A stretch of 64,000 bases of DNA from assembly GCA_963808625.1 (NCBI GenBank), contig CAWEHK010000041.1, forward strand, positions 1-64,000, read 5' to 3'. This DNA is from an uncultured delta proteobacterium. Its GTDB lineage: Bacteria > Desulfobacterota > Syntrophobacteria > Syntrophobacterales > Syntrophobacteraceae. Position numbers and translations under genes: made by a program. Positions 1 through 8,783 of this stretch are shown here, one piece after another (the first letter of the stretch is position 1; each line of letters begins with the position of its first letter). The notes beneath the pieces are model-generated. The model did not search any database. It saw only the letters and a program-made list of their open reading frames with translations, and was not told where the DNA came from.

Positions 1-192
1 CAGAAACTACAGAATTATGGTTGAACTAAACCGCTTCGCGGTGGCGCTGGCCCCGTACGTTCTTTGACAACTGAATAGCGTTTGGGTTTTACCTGCATGG
101 AAGACTCCGGTCTCTTGCCTTCCGGGTCTGCATGCAATCTCCTTTCCGCAACAGGCAAGGGACAACCACTGTTTCTGGAAAGGAGAATGACC

Positions 193-1076
193 ATGGGAAA
201 GTTGCAGGATCAGATGCAAAGGGACCTGGAGCTCAGGAATTTGAGCTCCAGGACAAAGCGCTGCTATCTGGACTGGATGAAGCGGTTTGCAGGGCATTTC
301 CGCAAGCCGCCGGACGAACTGGGAGATGAGGAAATCAAGGGGTTCCTCCACTTCCTCCTCAATGACAGGAAAGCCTCGCAGTCATCAATGAACCAGGCCT
401 ATAGCGCCCTCAAGTTCTTCTACGAGAGAACGCTGGGGAGGCCCTGGAACGGGACGCAGATTCCCCGTTGCAAAAGAGGCAAGAGACTTCCGGTAGTTCT
501 GTCCCAGAACGAGGTCCGGTTGATTTTATCGGCGACCGAAAACCTCAAGTACCGGGCGATTCTGGTCACCATTTATGCCGCAGGGCTTCGGGTGAGCGAG
601 GTGGTCCAGCTGAAGATGGCCGACATTGACAGTCAGAGAATGACCATCCGGGTTCGGGGGAAAGGGGATCAGGATCGCTACACGCTTCTTGGCAAAAACG
701 CCTGGAACTGCTTCGCAGCTATTGGAAGGCATATCGGCCAACCGATTGGCTTTTTCCCTCCAAAAACCCGAAAGAACCGATCTCGGTCTCGTCGATTCAA
801 AAGGTTTTCAAGACATCCCTCGGCCAAACGGGGATCAGGAAAAGGGCCACGGTGCACACCCTGAGGCATTGCTTTGCGACGCATCTCCTGGAAAGTGGCT
901 GCTGATCTTTACTATATCCAGCGTGTCTGGGCCACAGCAGCGTCAAAACGACCTCGGTTTATCTTCACGTCACCCGCAAAGATCTTCGGAAGATCGTAAG
1001 CCCCACCGATCTCATGGAACTGCCCGACAATCCCACAACCTCAGGGGGGAGCCTCTCCCATGCGGTCTCCTTTTGA
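193..1076 (+). CDS. Tyrosine recombinase (SAM-like N-terminus, XerD/IntI-related, no IntI I2 insertion); frameshifted near 700 and 900-930
   Basis: AGGAG RBS at 181; motifs LPVVLS, GLRVSE, GKG, then in shifted frames WLFP, HTLRHCFATHLLE, GHSSVKTTSVY; TGA at 1074-1076 overlaps the next gene. Confidence 0.88.
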
Positions 1077-2232
1077 AGTTGCCGACATCTTCAGGGCTTG
1101 CGGGGGAAAGTATCGGGCAGCACACGGCGAGGAGATGCCCTTGAGGCAGCATCGTGCCATGCAGGCCATCGAGGTTTGCCGAACGGCTGAATTGGGTGGT
1201 CATGTGGAGGAATGCGGTGCCTGCGGCCACGTGAGGATTTCTTACAATTCCTGCCGGAACCGTCATTGCCCCAAGTGCCAGTTTCTGGCCAAGGAACGCT
1301 GGCTGGAGAGCAGGAAGCAGGATCTTCTGCCTATTAGCTACTTCCACGTGGTCTTCACCCTTCCGGAGGCGTTGAGGCCCATAGCTCTCAGGAACCAAAG
1401 AACCCTATACGGTCTTTTGTTCAAGGCCGCCAACGAGACCTTGCAGGAACTGGCAAGCGATCCGCGCCGACTTGGGGCCCAGATCGGTTGTGTCGCCCTC
1501 CTGCATACCTGGTCACGCACCCTGACCGACCATCCCCATATCCACTGCATCGTTACGGGCGGCGGGCTTTCTCTCGACGGGAAGAGGTGGATTGCCTGCC
1601 GCAAAAAGTACTTTTTCCCCGTGAAGGTTCTCTCCCGGCTCTTTCGAGGCGGCTCCTCTCCTATCTAAAAAAGGCCTATCGTTCAGGGAAGATCGGGTTT
1701 ACCGGCCAGATCGCCTCCCTTGGAGAGGAGCGCAATTTCCAGGACTTTTGCGGGCAACTCTATCGCCAGGAGTGGGTGGTTTACTGTAAGCCGCCCTTCA
1801 AGAGCGCCCAAAAGGCTATGCAGTATCTTGGCCCTGGTTGCCCTCGCCAACGAGAGGATCGTCGGGTTTGATGGAGACCGGGTTACCTTTACCTATCGGG
1901 ATTCCGCCGACCACGATAAGGTCAAGCGGATGAGTCTCGATGCCTTTGAGTTTATCCGCCGGTTCCTGTTACACATCCTGCCCGATGGGTTCATGAAGAT
2001 TCGCCACTTTGGGATTCTCAGCAATCGCAACCGAAAGACCAAGCTCGCCCGGTGCAAGACGCTCCTCGGAGTAAAGCCGGAGTGCTTCCCAGAGTCAAAC
2101 CAGCCGGAATCGTGGAGTGATCTCTTCATGCGGCTCACCGGGATCGACCTTTCGGTCTGTCCGGCTTGTGGGAAAGGGAGGATGGTGCTAAAGGAAACAC
2201 TGCTGCCAGGAGGGTCACGGTCGCCGCCTTGA
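1060..2232 (+). pseudogene. IS91-family rolling-circle (HUH Y2) transposase; frameshifted, second catalytic Tyr apparently deleted
   Basis: Zn motif CRNRHCPKC, HVVFTLP, HUH motif HPHIH, FIRRFLLHILPDGFMKIRHFG and C-terminal CPACG over three frames; expected YLGRYTHRVA reads YLG-(4 nt)-VA at 1824-1842. Confidence 0.85.
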
Positions 2233-2475
2233 AAGATGGTTATCGACCGGAAAGATGAAGACTCAAAAAACCATCCCATCCAGGGCAGCGGGGTTCTTTG
2301 GCCTTCGGCTCAAAAAAACGGGTGCAAAATGGCTGGAATGCACCCATCCGTTTCGGAGAAACGATGCCTCTGCGTCACCCAAACGCTGTTCGGTTCAAAA
2401 TCCACGGTTACCAAGAGAAAACGCTTCGCCCAGGTTTCTGATTAAAACCCCATAGCAGTTGTGCGAAGCGGCTTA

Positions 2476-2541
2476 GTTCAACACGATTGTATGGGGAATG
2501 AGAAAAAGCCCTCACTCCCCATACAATCTTACATGTTAAGT
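2476..2541 (+). other. attC-like recombination site (atypical: perfect stem, no extrahelical base)
   Basis: R'' GTTCAAC 2476-2482; R' GTTAAGT 2535-2541; internal stem GATTGTATGGGGA/TCCCCATACAATC. Confidence 0.7.
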
Positions 2542-2584
2542 GCTACAGAGAACATAGTGGAAAGTCCAGGACAAGGAGAGCAGA

Positions 2585-3427
2585 ATGATTTATAAGTATT
2601 TTCAAAGAGAACCTAAGCAAATAATAGGTGGCGGACGCCCTCATTATTTTACAAAGAAGGAGCTTGAATCTTCCGTTGAAGCAAAGGAATATAATGCTAT
2701 CCCTTATGAACCATTATATAGAATAAAAATTACCCCAAGTGAAAGAATCCATTGGGAAGAATTTGAAGGTGGGCAAATCGAAAGAAGAGTATGGGCCGCT
2801 TTTGGCCGTCATGGTGGCGGATGGGAAATGAAAACGGGGCAACAATTTTTAATGGAAACGCAAAAACAAACCGAAAATAATTGCTATGCAGGATGCTGGA
2901 TTCTGGATAAGCAATTGATCTCAGGGGGATACAGAGAAGAATATGGTTCTTTCACTGATAATGGGATGAAACATGGTTTAATACTGAACTTGTTGGAAGA
3001 GATCTTTAAGACCTATTCAGATAAAGGAGATAGCGGGGATTTGAAACACAGAGAGAAAAGTAAAGGTACTTTTCAGTGGAAAATTCCCGACGATTCAATT
3101 GGAGGGATACTCTACTGGAAGATGAAAGACTTAGAATATACTATTTCTGTATTAATTAAATCATGCGAAAATGTTTACAATGGCCTCAAGTTTTGGGGCG
3201 TTTTCTGGAAAGACAATTCTAATAACAACAAAAGAGAACTTTATAAACCTGTTGAAGTTGTTATTCCTGGATTCCCTTTGTTTACAGATAATGATATTAA
3301 AAGTAACAACATGAGTTGGTTTAAAGAAGTGCTACACAAAGGATTTGATGATATTGGCGAGATATTAGGGAGAAAGAGTAAATGCGTAGATAGATTAACT
3401 GAGTATTACAGTCTAAATCTAATTTAA
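2585..3427 (+). CDS. Hypothetical cassette protein (280 aa, AT-rich)
   Basis: AAGGAG RBS; intact ORF between R' GTTAAGT(GC) at 2535 and its complement (GC)ACTTAAC at 3442; no recognised motif. Confidence 0.8.
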   Translation: MIYKYFQREPKQIIGGGRPHYFTKKELESSVEAKEYNAIPYEPLYRIKITPSERIHWEEFEGGQIERRVWAAFGRHGGGWEMKTGQQFLMETQKQTENNCYAGCWILDKQLISGGYREEYGSFTDNGMKHGLILNLLEEIFKTYSDKGDSGDLKHREKSKGTFQWKIPDDSIGGILYWKMKDLEYTISVLIKSCENVYNGLKFWGVFWKDNSNNNKRELYKPVEVVIPGFPLFTDNDIKSNNMSWFKEVLHKGFDDIGEILGRKSKCVDRLTEYYSLNLI

Positions 3428-3441
3428 CTGTAATACTGTGC

Positions 3442-3529
3442 ACTTAACAAGAAAATCCAGCGGACAGGTAATAAGCGTAGCGTGATATTAACAAAGGTAA
3501 TTGCCCCGCCGCTAATTTTTGTGTTAGCA
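3442..3529 (+). other. attC site
   Basis: R'' ACTTAAC 3442-3448; L boxes AAAATCCAGCGG / CCGCTAATTTT with an extra C; R' GTTAGCA 3523-3529. Confidence 0.85.
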
Positions 3530-3575
3530 TGCGCCACCAGCTCGATCCTATTGAGCGAACACTGCCAGGATCAAT

Positions 3576-4538
3576 ATGAGCGATAAAAGAGACGACATCC
3601 CTGAATTCCAGTATGATGTATGTTTATCATTCGCTGGAAAAGAACGTGACTATGTTAGGAGTCTTGCGTTCGCTTTAAATCAGGCGGGAGTGCGGGTCTT
3701 CTATGATGAATATGAGCAGGCGGAATTATGGGGAAAGGATCTGTATACGCATCTGGATTATGTATATCGCCAGAGTGCTAGATTCTGTGTTTTATTCATT
3801 TCGAAGCATTATGCTGAAAAACTATGGACTAATCACGAAAGACAGAGTGCTCAAGCAAGGGCATTCACTGAAAATCGAGAGTACATATTGCCCGCCCGCT
3901 TTGATGACACAGCAATTCCCGGTTTGCGCAATACTGTTGGCTACATAGATCTCCGTACCACTACGCAATCCGAACTCCTCCCCCTTATCCTACAGAAAGT
4001 CGGAGAGCGACCCCGTGTTAACTACTTGCCACCAGTTCCAGATAGGCTTTTTGCCTTATTGAAAGCAAAAAATCAGAGGAAGAAAGAGAAGATCTTAGAT
4101 CAAGCTTATGGTTTTTTCGAGGGTCTTCAACGGATGTCACCTGAGGAGCGTAATGTAATTTTTACTGTATTCTTGCATGGGTGCGATGGAGAACTACCCG
4201 ACAACATTCATATGAACATTGACTTACTTCGGCGCTACACCGGTCTGACACCTATAAAGCTCAAGCAAGTACTCGGAGGATTGCAATCTCTTGGATTCTT
4301 CTGCTCGCTTCGTGAGGATGATGAAAATCCGGAGTACCTCGGCAGTTACGAAATGGTAGTCTTAGAGTGGCATAATCTACGTTCAAAATCGTCTGGAAAT
4401 GCAACCAAAGTCGCTTATACAATGGTTACAGGTTGCAGTGTTGACACGTGCATGAGGTGCTGGATTGAAGCAATCAATCGTCTGGACTTCTCTCAGTTGG
4501 CATCCGCAACGGCAAGCATTGACGATCACAAAGAATAG
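3576..4538 (+). CDS. TIR domain protein (TIR_2-type) with C-terminal helical/wHTH-like region, carried as a cassette
   Basis: YDVCLSFAG...VFYDEYE...LWGKDL...FISKHY...WTNHE...YILPARFDDT...GYIDLR is a typical bacterial TIR with the catalytic Glu position conserved. Confidence 0.88.
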   Translation: MSDKRDDIPEFQYDVCLSFAGKERDYVRSLAFALNQAGVRVFYDEYEQAELWGKDLYTHLDYVYRQSARFCVLFISKHYAEKLWTNHERQSAQARAFTENREYILPARFDDTAIPGLRNTVGYIDLRTTTQSELLPLILQKVGERPRVNYLPPVPDRLFALLKAKNQRKKEKILDQAYGFFEGLQRMSPEERNVIFTVFLHGCDGELPDNIHMNIDLLRRYTGLTPIKLKQVLGGLQSLGFFCSLREDDENPEYLGSYEMVVLEWHNLRSKSSGNATKVAYTMVTGCSVDTCMRCWIEAINRLDFSQLASATASIDDHKE

Positions 4539-4626
4539 GATTTGATCATGTAGCAGACGAAGTTGAACAGATGAAGACTTCAGAAGGTTGCTTAAGAACA
4601 AGCTCGGTTCAACATACACCTGTTAT

Positions 4627-4717
4627 TGCTAACAAAAAAATCCAGCGGTCGGCGGGGAACGCCTCTTCCATCTTCTTCTTGGCCTTTGGCCCGCCGCCGC
4701 TGATTTTCACGTTGGCT
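4627..4717 (+). other. attC site
   Basis: R'' TGCTAAC 4627-4633 (complement of GTTAGCA at 3523); L boxes AAAATCCAGCGG / CCGCTGATTTT; R' GTTGGC(T) from 4711; L arm closely matches attC at 3442. Confidence 0.88.
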
Positions 4718-5546
4718 TGCGACACGATGTCGCATAGTTGAGTGTACTCAGGTAGTTACCTGGAGTACCCGGCATGTTCCTGCCGGTCTCTACGCAGGCG
4801 TGCTACCGTCGCGCTGATGACGGGGTGCGAAGCCCTGTGGACAATGTACCGAATCGGGTTCAACTGGTGACAGGCGAACCCCTCGGGGAATCCTCCCCCG
4901 TTAAGGGCTGGAGAGGGATGATATGGTGAAAACATTTGAATTCCTGCAAGCGTCGTCAACGAATACAGACCTACGAGGATTAACCTCGTTTTGCAGGTCG
5001 AGGGCCGCTTCCCAGTGTTTGCGGCAAGAGGTCAGGTTGCAGGTCTCCTAACTGCCTGCACGGAACCGTAGTACCTCCGGCGTAGAGGGCGCACCTAAGT
5101 CATCCATAGGATCAACTATGTGGAACGTGGAAACCTCGTATCTCCGCCTGGTTTTCCAGGCAGGTGAACCGCAAGGCACACTGTTGGGGGTGCGGGATGA
5201 AGAGGCTGGAAGAAGCGAATGCCATCCTGTAACGGGATGGATACGGGTTCAAGATTTGCCCGGCCCGAAAGGGAGCAGACGTCCGGCGGGTGTCTCATTG
5301 CGAGAAAGCTGAGAGAACCACAGCAAGGAAGGAAAGCAAATGAACACGGCTTCGGCCAGTGTGTGCACCTTCCCCCGAAAGGCATTGTGGCTGTTGGCGT
5401 GTATCGCAAAGTCAATGAGGGCAGTTCCTCATCGGCGGGTGGCTCCACAAGGGCTCACCATTGAGATGCTTGAGCCGCGTGACGGGAAACTGTCACGCAC
5501 GGTTCTGGGGGGGGAAAGGGACCGAGAGGCCCCTGACCTACCCGGT
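4717..5546 (+). ncRNA. Group II intron (IIB/CL-like) with internally deleted IEP
   Basis: 5' end TTGCGACACG; full-length domain V GAGCCGCGTGACGGGAAACTGTCACGCACGGTTC 5472-5505 (AGC triad, GAAA loop); domain VI ending CCTACCCGGT; RBS + ATG at 5340 but no RT coding capacity. Ends uncertain by 1-2 nt. Confidence 0.85.
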
Positions 5547-5800
5547 TATATTATTAAAGGGGACGACATGTGTTGCCACCGATGAAGAATGGACCCAGGC
5601 TGCGGTGAAAATTGGACCCATTCGGTCGTTGCCGTGGCGTGAACTGTGCACCGATTATTGAACCCATCTTATGACGTATCGACTGCCCCCTGATTCCCGT
5701 GTTTTTTCCGCCCCTTGCTCTGAGGGCAAAATTATTTGCTGGAAGCGAGAAAAGACCGCATAGAGTCGTTGTCCCACCCTGAGAGAGCGGAGAGACAACG

Positions 5801-6205
5801 ATGAAAAAGGTCATGGCCTGCCGCAAACGTCCATGCCGCATTTGCAAACGCTGGTTCAGAGCCAATCCACGACTTAAAGACCGCCAGATGACCTGTGGAG
5901 AGGAATCGTGTAAGCGTGAGTGGCACCGGAGAAAGTGCGCCCAGTGGAACAGAGAGAATTCTGAGCCCATCAAGAAAGAGCGTTTGGCGCAAAAGCTCAA
6001 AGCCGCCGCTTGGGCAGGCGGGCAGACGAAGCTCTCGGCTGAAACGCCTTCTCGCCCGGCATCCGTGCAGAGCGAACACCTCCTGCCATGGATTCAAGAG
6101 GTGATCACCGTTCAAGTTATTATAATGCTTGATTATTTGGTCCGACATTCGGTGAAGCATGCTCAAGAAGTGATTCGCAGGCAAGCTGCCGTAAATACAG
6201 GATGA
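5801..6205 (+). CDS. Basic Cys-rich (putative Zn-finger) accessory protein
   Basis: GGAG RBS; CRICKRWF...RQMTCGEESC...C pattern. Confidence 0.7.
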   Translation: MKKVMACRKRPCRICKRWFRANPRLKDRQMTCGEESCKREWHRRKCAQWNRENSEPIKKERLAQKLKAAAWAGGQTKLSAETPSRPASVQSEHLLPWIQEVITVQVIIMLDYLVRHSVKHAQEVIRRQAAVNTG

Positions 6206-6295
6206 TTGGTCCAACTACCCGCCCGGGTCGTTCAAGATGTGATCGACCCGGGTGAGCCCACTTTGGTAGCTTCTTCATGGAACAAGGAGGAGCCA

Positions 6296-7176
6296 ATGGG
6301 CGAAGAAAAATGGACCGATATTCCCGTAAGCGCGATAGGTGAGAGTTATGGCCGTTTTCGTCTCATTTATCCGGGCAGTGAAGTCACCGTGATCGAATCT
6401 ATGCGCCAGTTCGGACAGATCCTTCCGGTCGTCGTGGTAAAAGGGCTGGAGCCTTCCTGTTATGAAATGATCGACGGCTTCAAACGGCTTCGAGCTTCTC
6501 GCAAACTGGGGTTGAAGACCATCCAGGCAAAGGTGCTCTCTCTTGAGGCGCCACCTCTTAAAGCAGCGATCCTTCAACTCAACTGGAAGGCAAGATCCAT
6601 CCGGGAGGTGGAAGAGGCGTTGATCGTCCAGTCCCTTCATCGGGAGGACAAGCTTAGCCAGGTGGAAATAGGGCTTCTCCTGAGGCGGCACAAAAGCTGG
6701 GTCTCCCGGCGTATCGCTCTGGTAGAAAAGCTCTCCGATGAAGTGCTGAGCAACCTCAAGCTCGGACTGATCAGTGCGGGCCACGGCCGTCAGCTCACCC
6801 GGTTGCCACGTGGCAACCAGGACAGGGCCCTTGCGACTATCCTAAAGCACCGTCTGTGCTGCAGGGAAGCCGAGAAGCTCGTTGCCATGCTCTGTGAGCG
6901 TCCGGATGGGAGCATGAGGCCATCCTGCATCTTCCCCTCAAAATCCTCGATGAGCGCACACCGCCTCGCCCTTCCAGACAAATTAAAGAGGAGCATGAGC
7001 CCTCTTTGGCCGAGCAACTTCGGGACTTTAAAAAGACCTGCGAGGGGCTCCTGGGCGCCATCAGTGTCTGTGACCTCGATCCGTTGAGCCCGCAGGAGCG
7101 GGAGCTCCTGCTTCCTCTCACCGAAAGCCTCGAGATTCTCCTGCGTCGGATGAGAAATGCTCTCAACACAACATGA
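6296..7176 (+). CDS. ParB/Srx-like N-terminal domain + HTH protein; frameshift near 6905
   Basis: AAGGAGG RBS; SMRQFGQILPVVV...YEMIDGFKRLRA (GxxR motif); HTH LSQVEIGLLLRRHKSWVSRR; reading continues in a shifted frame to TGA 7174-7176. Confidence 0.8.
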
Positions 7177-7186
7177 GGAAAACCCC

Positions 7187-8783
7187 ATGCCGCCCCTCAT
7201 TATTTCCAGTCGAGAGGACCTTGAGCATCAACTGGTGACCCTCTACGCCCAGGGCTTGAACATCCGAGCCCTCTCGAGGCATTTTTGTCTGGGCAGAAAC
7301 ACCGTAAGGCGCATCCTTCGCAAACACAAAGCCAGGCGGGAGCATGGTCATGATGCCAAAGGATCACCTCTTCCCCGGGCAAGCAAGCTCGATCCCTATC
7401 TACCTCGGATCCGGGCCCTTCTGGATGAGTTTCCAGACATCACCGGTGAGCGCCTCTTTGAAGAGATGCGGGCCGAAGGCTATATGGGAGGGATCTCCAT
7501 CCTGAGGGACCGCCTTCGGTCCATGCGATCTCACCCGAAGAAGGAGCCGGTCGTCCGCTTTGAGACAGACCCGGGGGTTCAGGGACAAATGGACTGGAGC
7601 CCCTACACCATCCGGTTCCTGAAGGGCGGCAAGGCCACAGTTTTATGCTTTTCCTACATCCTGGCTTTCTCCAGAAGACAGTATATCGATTTTACTCTTC
7701 ATCGTGATTTCCATACTCTGATCAGACGCCACCGGGATGCCTTCGACTTTTTTGGCGGCGTTCCACGACACTGCCTATACGATGGAGAAAAGACGGTGGT
7801 GCTGCGCTTTGAGGCCGGGCGCCCCGTTTTTAATCCCGCCTTCATCGCCTTTATCACCCATTATGAATGCCATCCCATAGCCGTCCGGCGGGCCAGAACG
7901 AAAGGAAAGGTGGAAAGACCCTTCCAGTTTGTCGAAGGCAATCTCCTGAATGGGCGCAAGTTCCAGGATCTTGAGCACTTGAGGGCCATGGCCGGCTGGT
8001 GGATGAAGGAAAAAAGCGACCGCCATCGCCATGAAACCACAGGCCAGGTCGTGATCGAGCTCTTCCTGGAGCAGGAAAAGGATGCTCTCCGGCCCCTCCC
8101 CGTACACCCCTATGATTGCTCCGAGGTGGCCCACAGGGTCTGCCGTGTCGATGGCTTCATCGAGTTTGAGACCAACCTCTATTCCGTTCCCTACCAGTAT
8201 GTGGCCGATATCCTGGTCTTGAAGGCCACCGAGCAGGAGGTGAGCTTCTATCAGTCCTGATCTCGAGCTCATTGCATGCCACGAGCGCCTTCCCACAGGC
8301 GCATCAAAGATGGTCGAAAACCCGGAGCATCGCCTGCACCCCAAAACACGCTATGGACTCGAGCCCGTCAGAGAATCCTTCCTCGCTCTGGGACAAGCAT
8401 CAGAGGACTTCCTCAAAGGCCTCCAGCAAAAACACCCTAGAAACTGCGGCTTTCACGCCCGCTTCATCCTGAGGCTCAAAGAGCACTATGCATCGGATGA
8501 CATCAACTCTGCCCTTCGCCATGCAACGGTCTACCACGCCTATGACGGCAGAGCCATCGAGAGGATCTTGAAGGCAAAGGCTAAACCCAGGACCCTGGAA
8601 GCTATCAGGAACGACCGGGCAAGGACAGCACTCACGCAATCACTCCCGGTCATCCGGCAACGCAATCTCGAGGATTACTGCACCTTTCTCTCACAGAATG
8701 GAGAACACCATGGACCAGACCACAGCCCGGATCAAAAAGCACCTGAAAGCCCTCAAGCTCTCGACCATGGAAAAGATCCTTGA
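7187..8783 (+). CDS. istA: IS21-family transposase IstA; frameshift near 8250
   Basis: N-terminal HTH, SKLDPY, RFETDPGVQGQMDW, GVPRHCLYD, KGKVERPF, YSVP; C-terminus in ORF 8310-8783. Confidence 0.9.

Larger units (their letters stand above)
20..2541 (+). mobile_element. Tyrosine recombinase + IS91-family transposase element bounded like an integron gene cassette
   Basis: Starts with GTTGAAC (GTTRRRY, 20-26) and ends with an attC-like hairpin 2476-2541; 20-39 and 2463-2482 are 19/20 inverted repeats; encodes int + Y2 transposase. Confidence 0.8.

Noticed and set aside
193..1076. Calling the recombinase the integron integrase IntI of this array
   Set aside because: It lacks the IntI-specific insertion, is co-oriented with the cassettes, lies inside a cassette-like unit and is coupled to the IS91 transposase.
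4717..5546. Class IIC-attC intron
   Set aside because: Domain V is full length with an AGC triad and the insertion is on the top strand at R'.
5116..5661. Short ORFs over the intron
   Set aside because: They overlap structured RNA and the IS end and carry no RT motifs.
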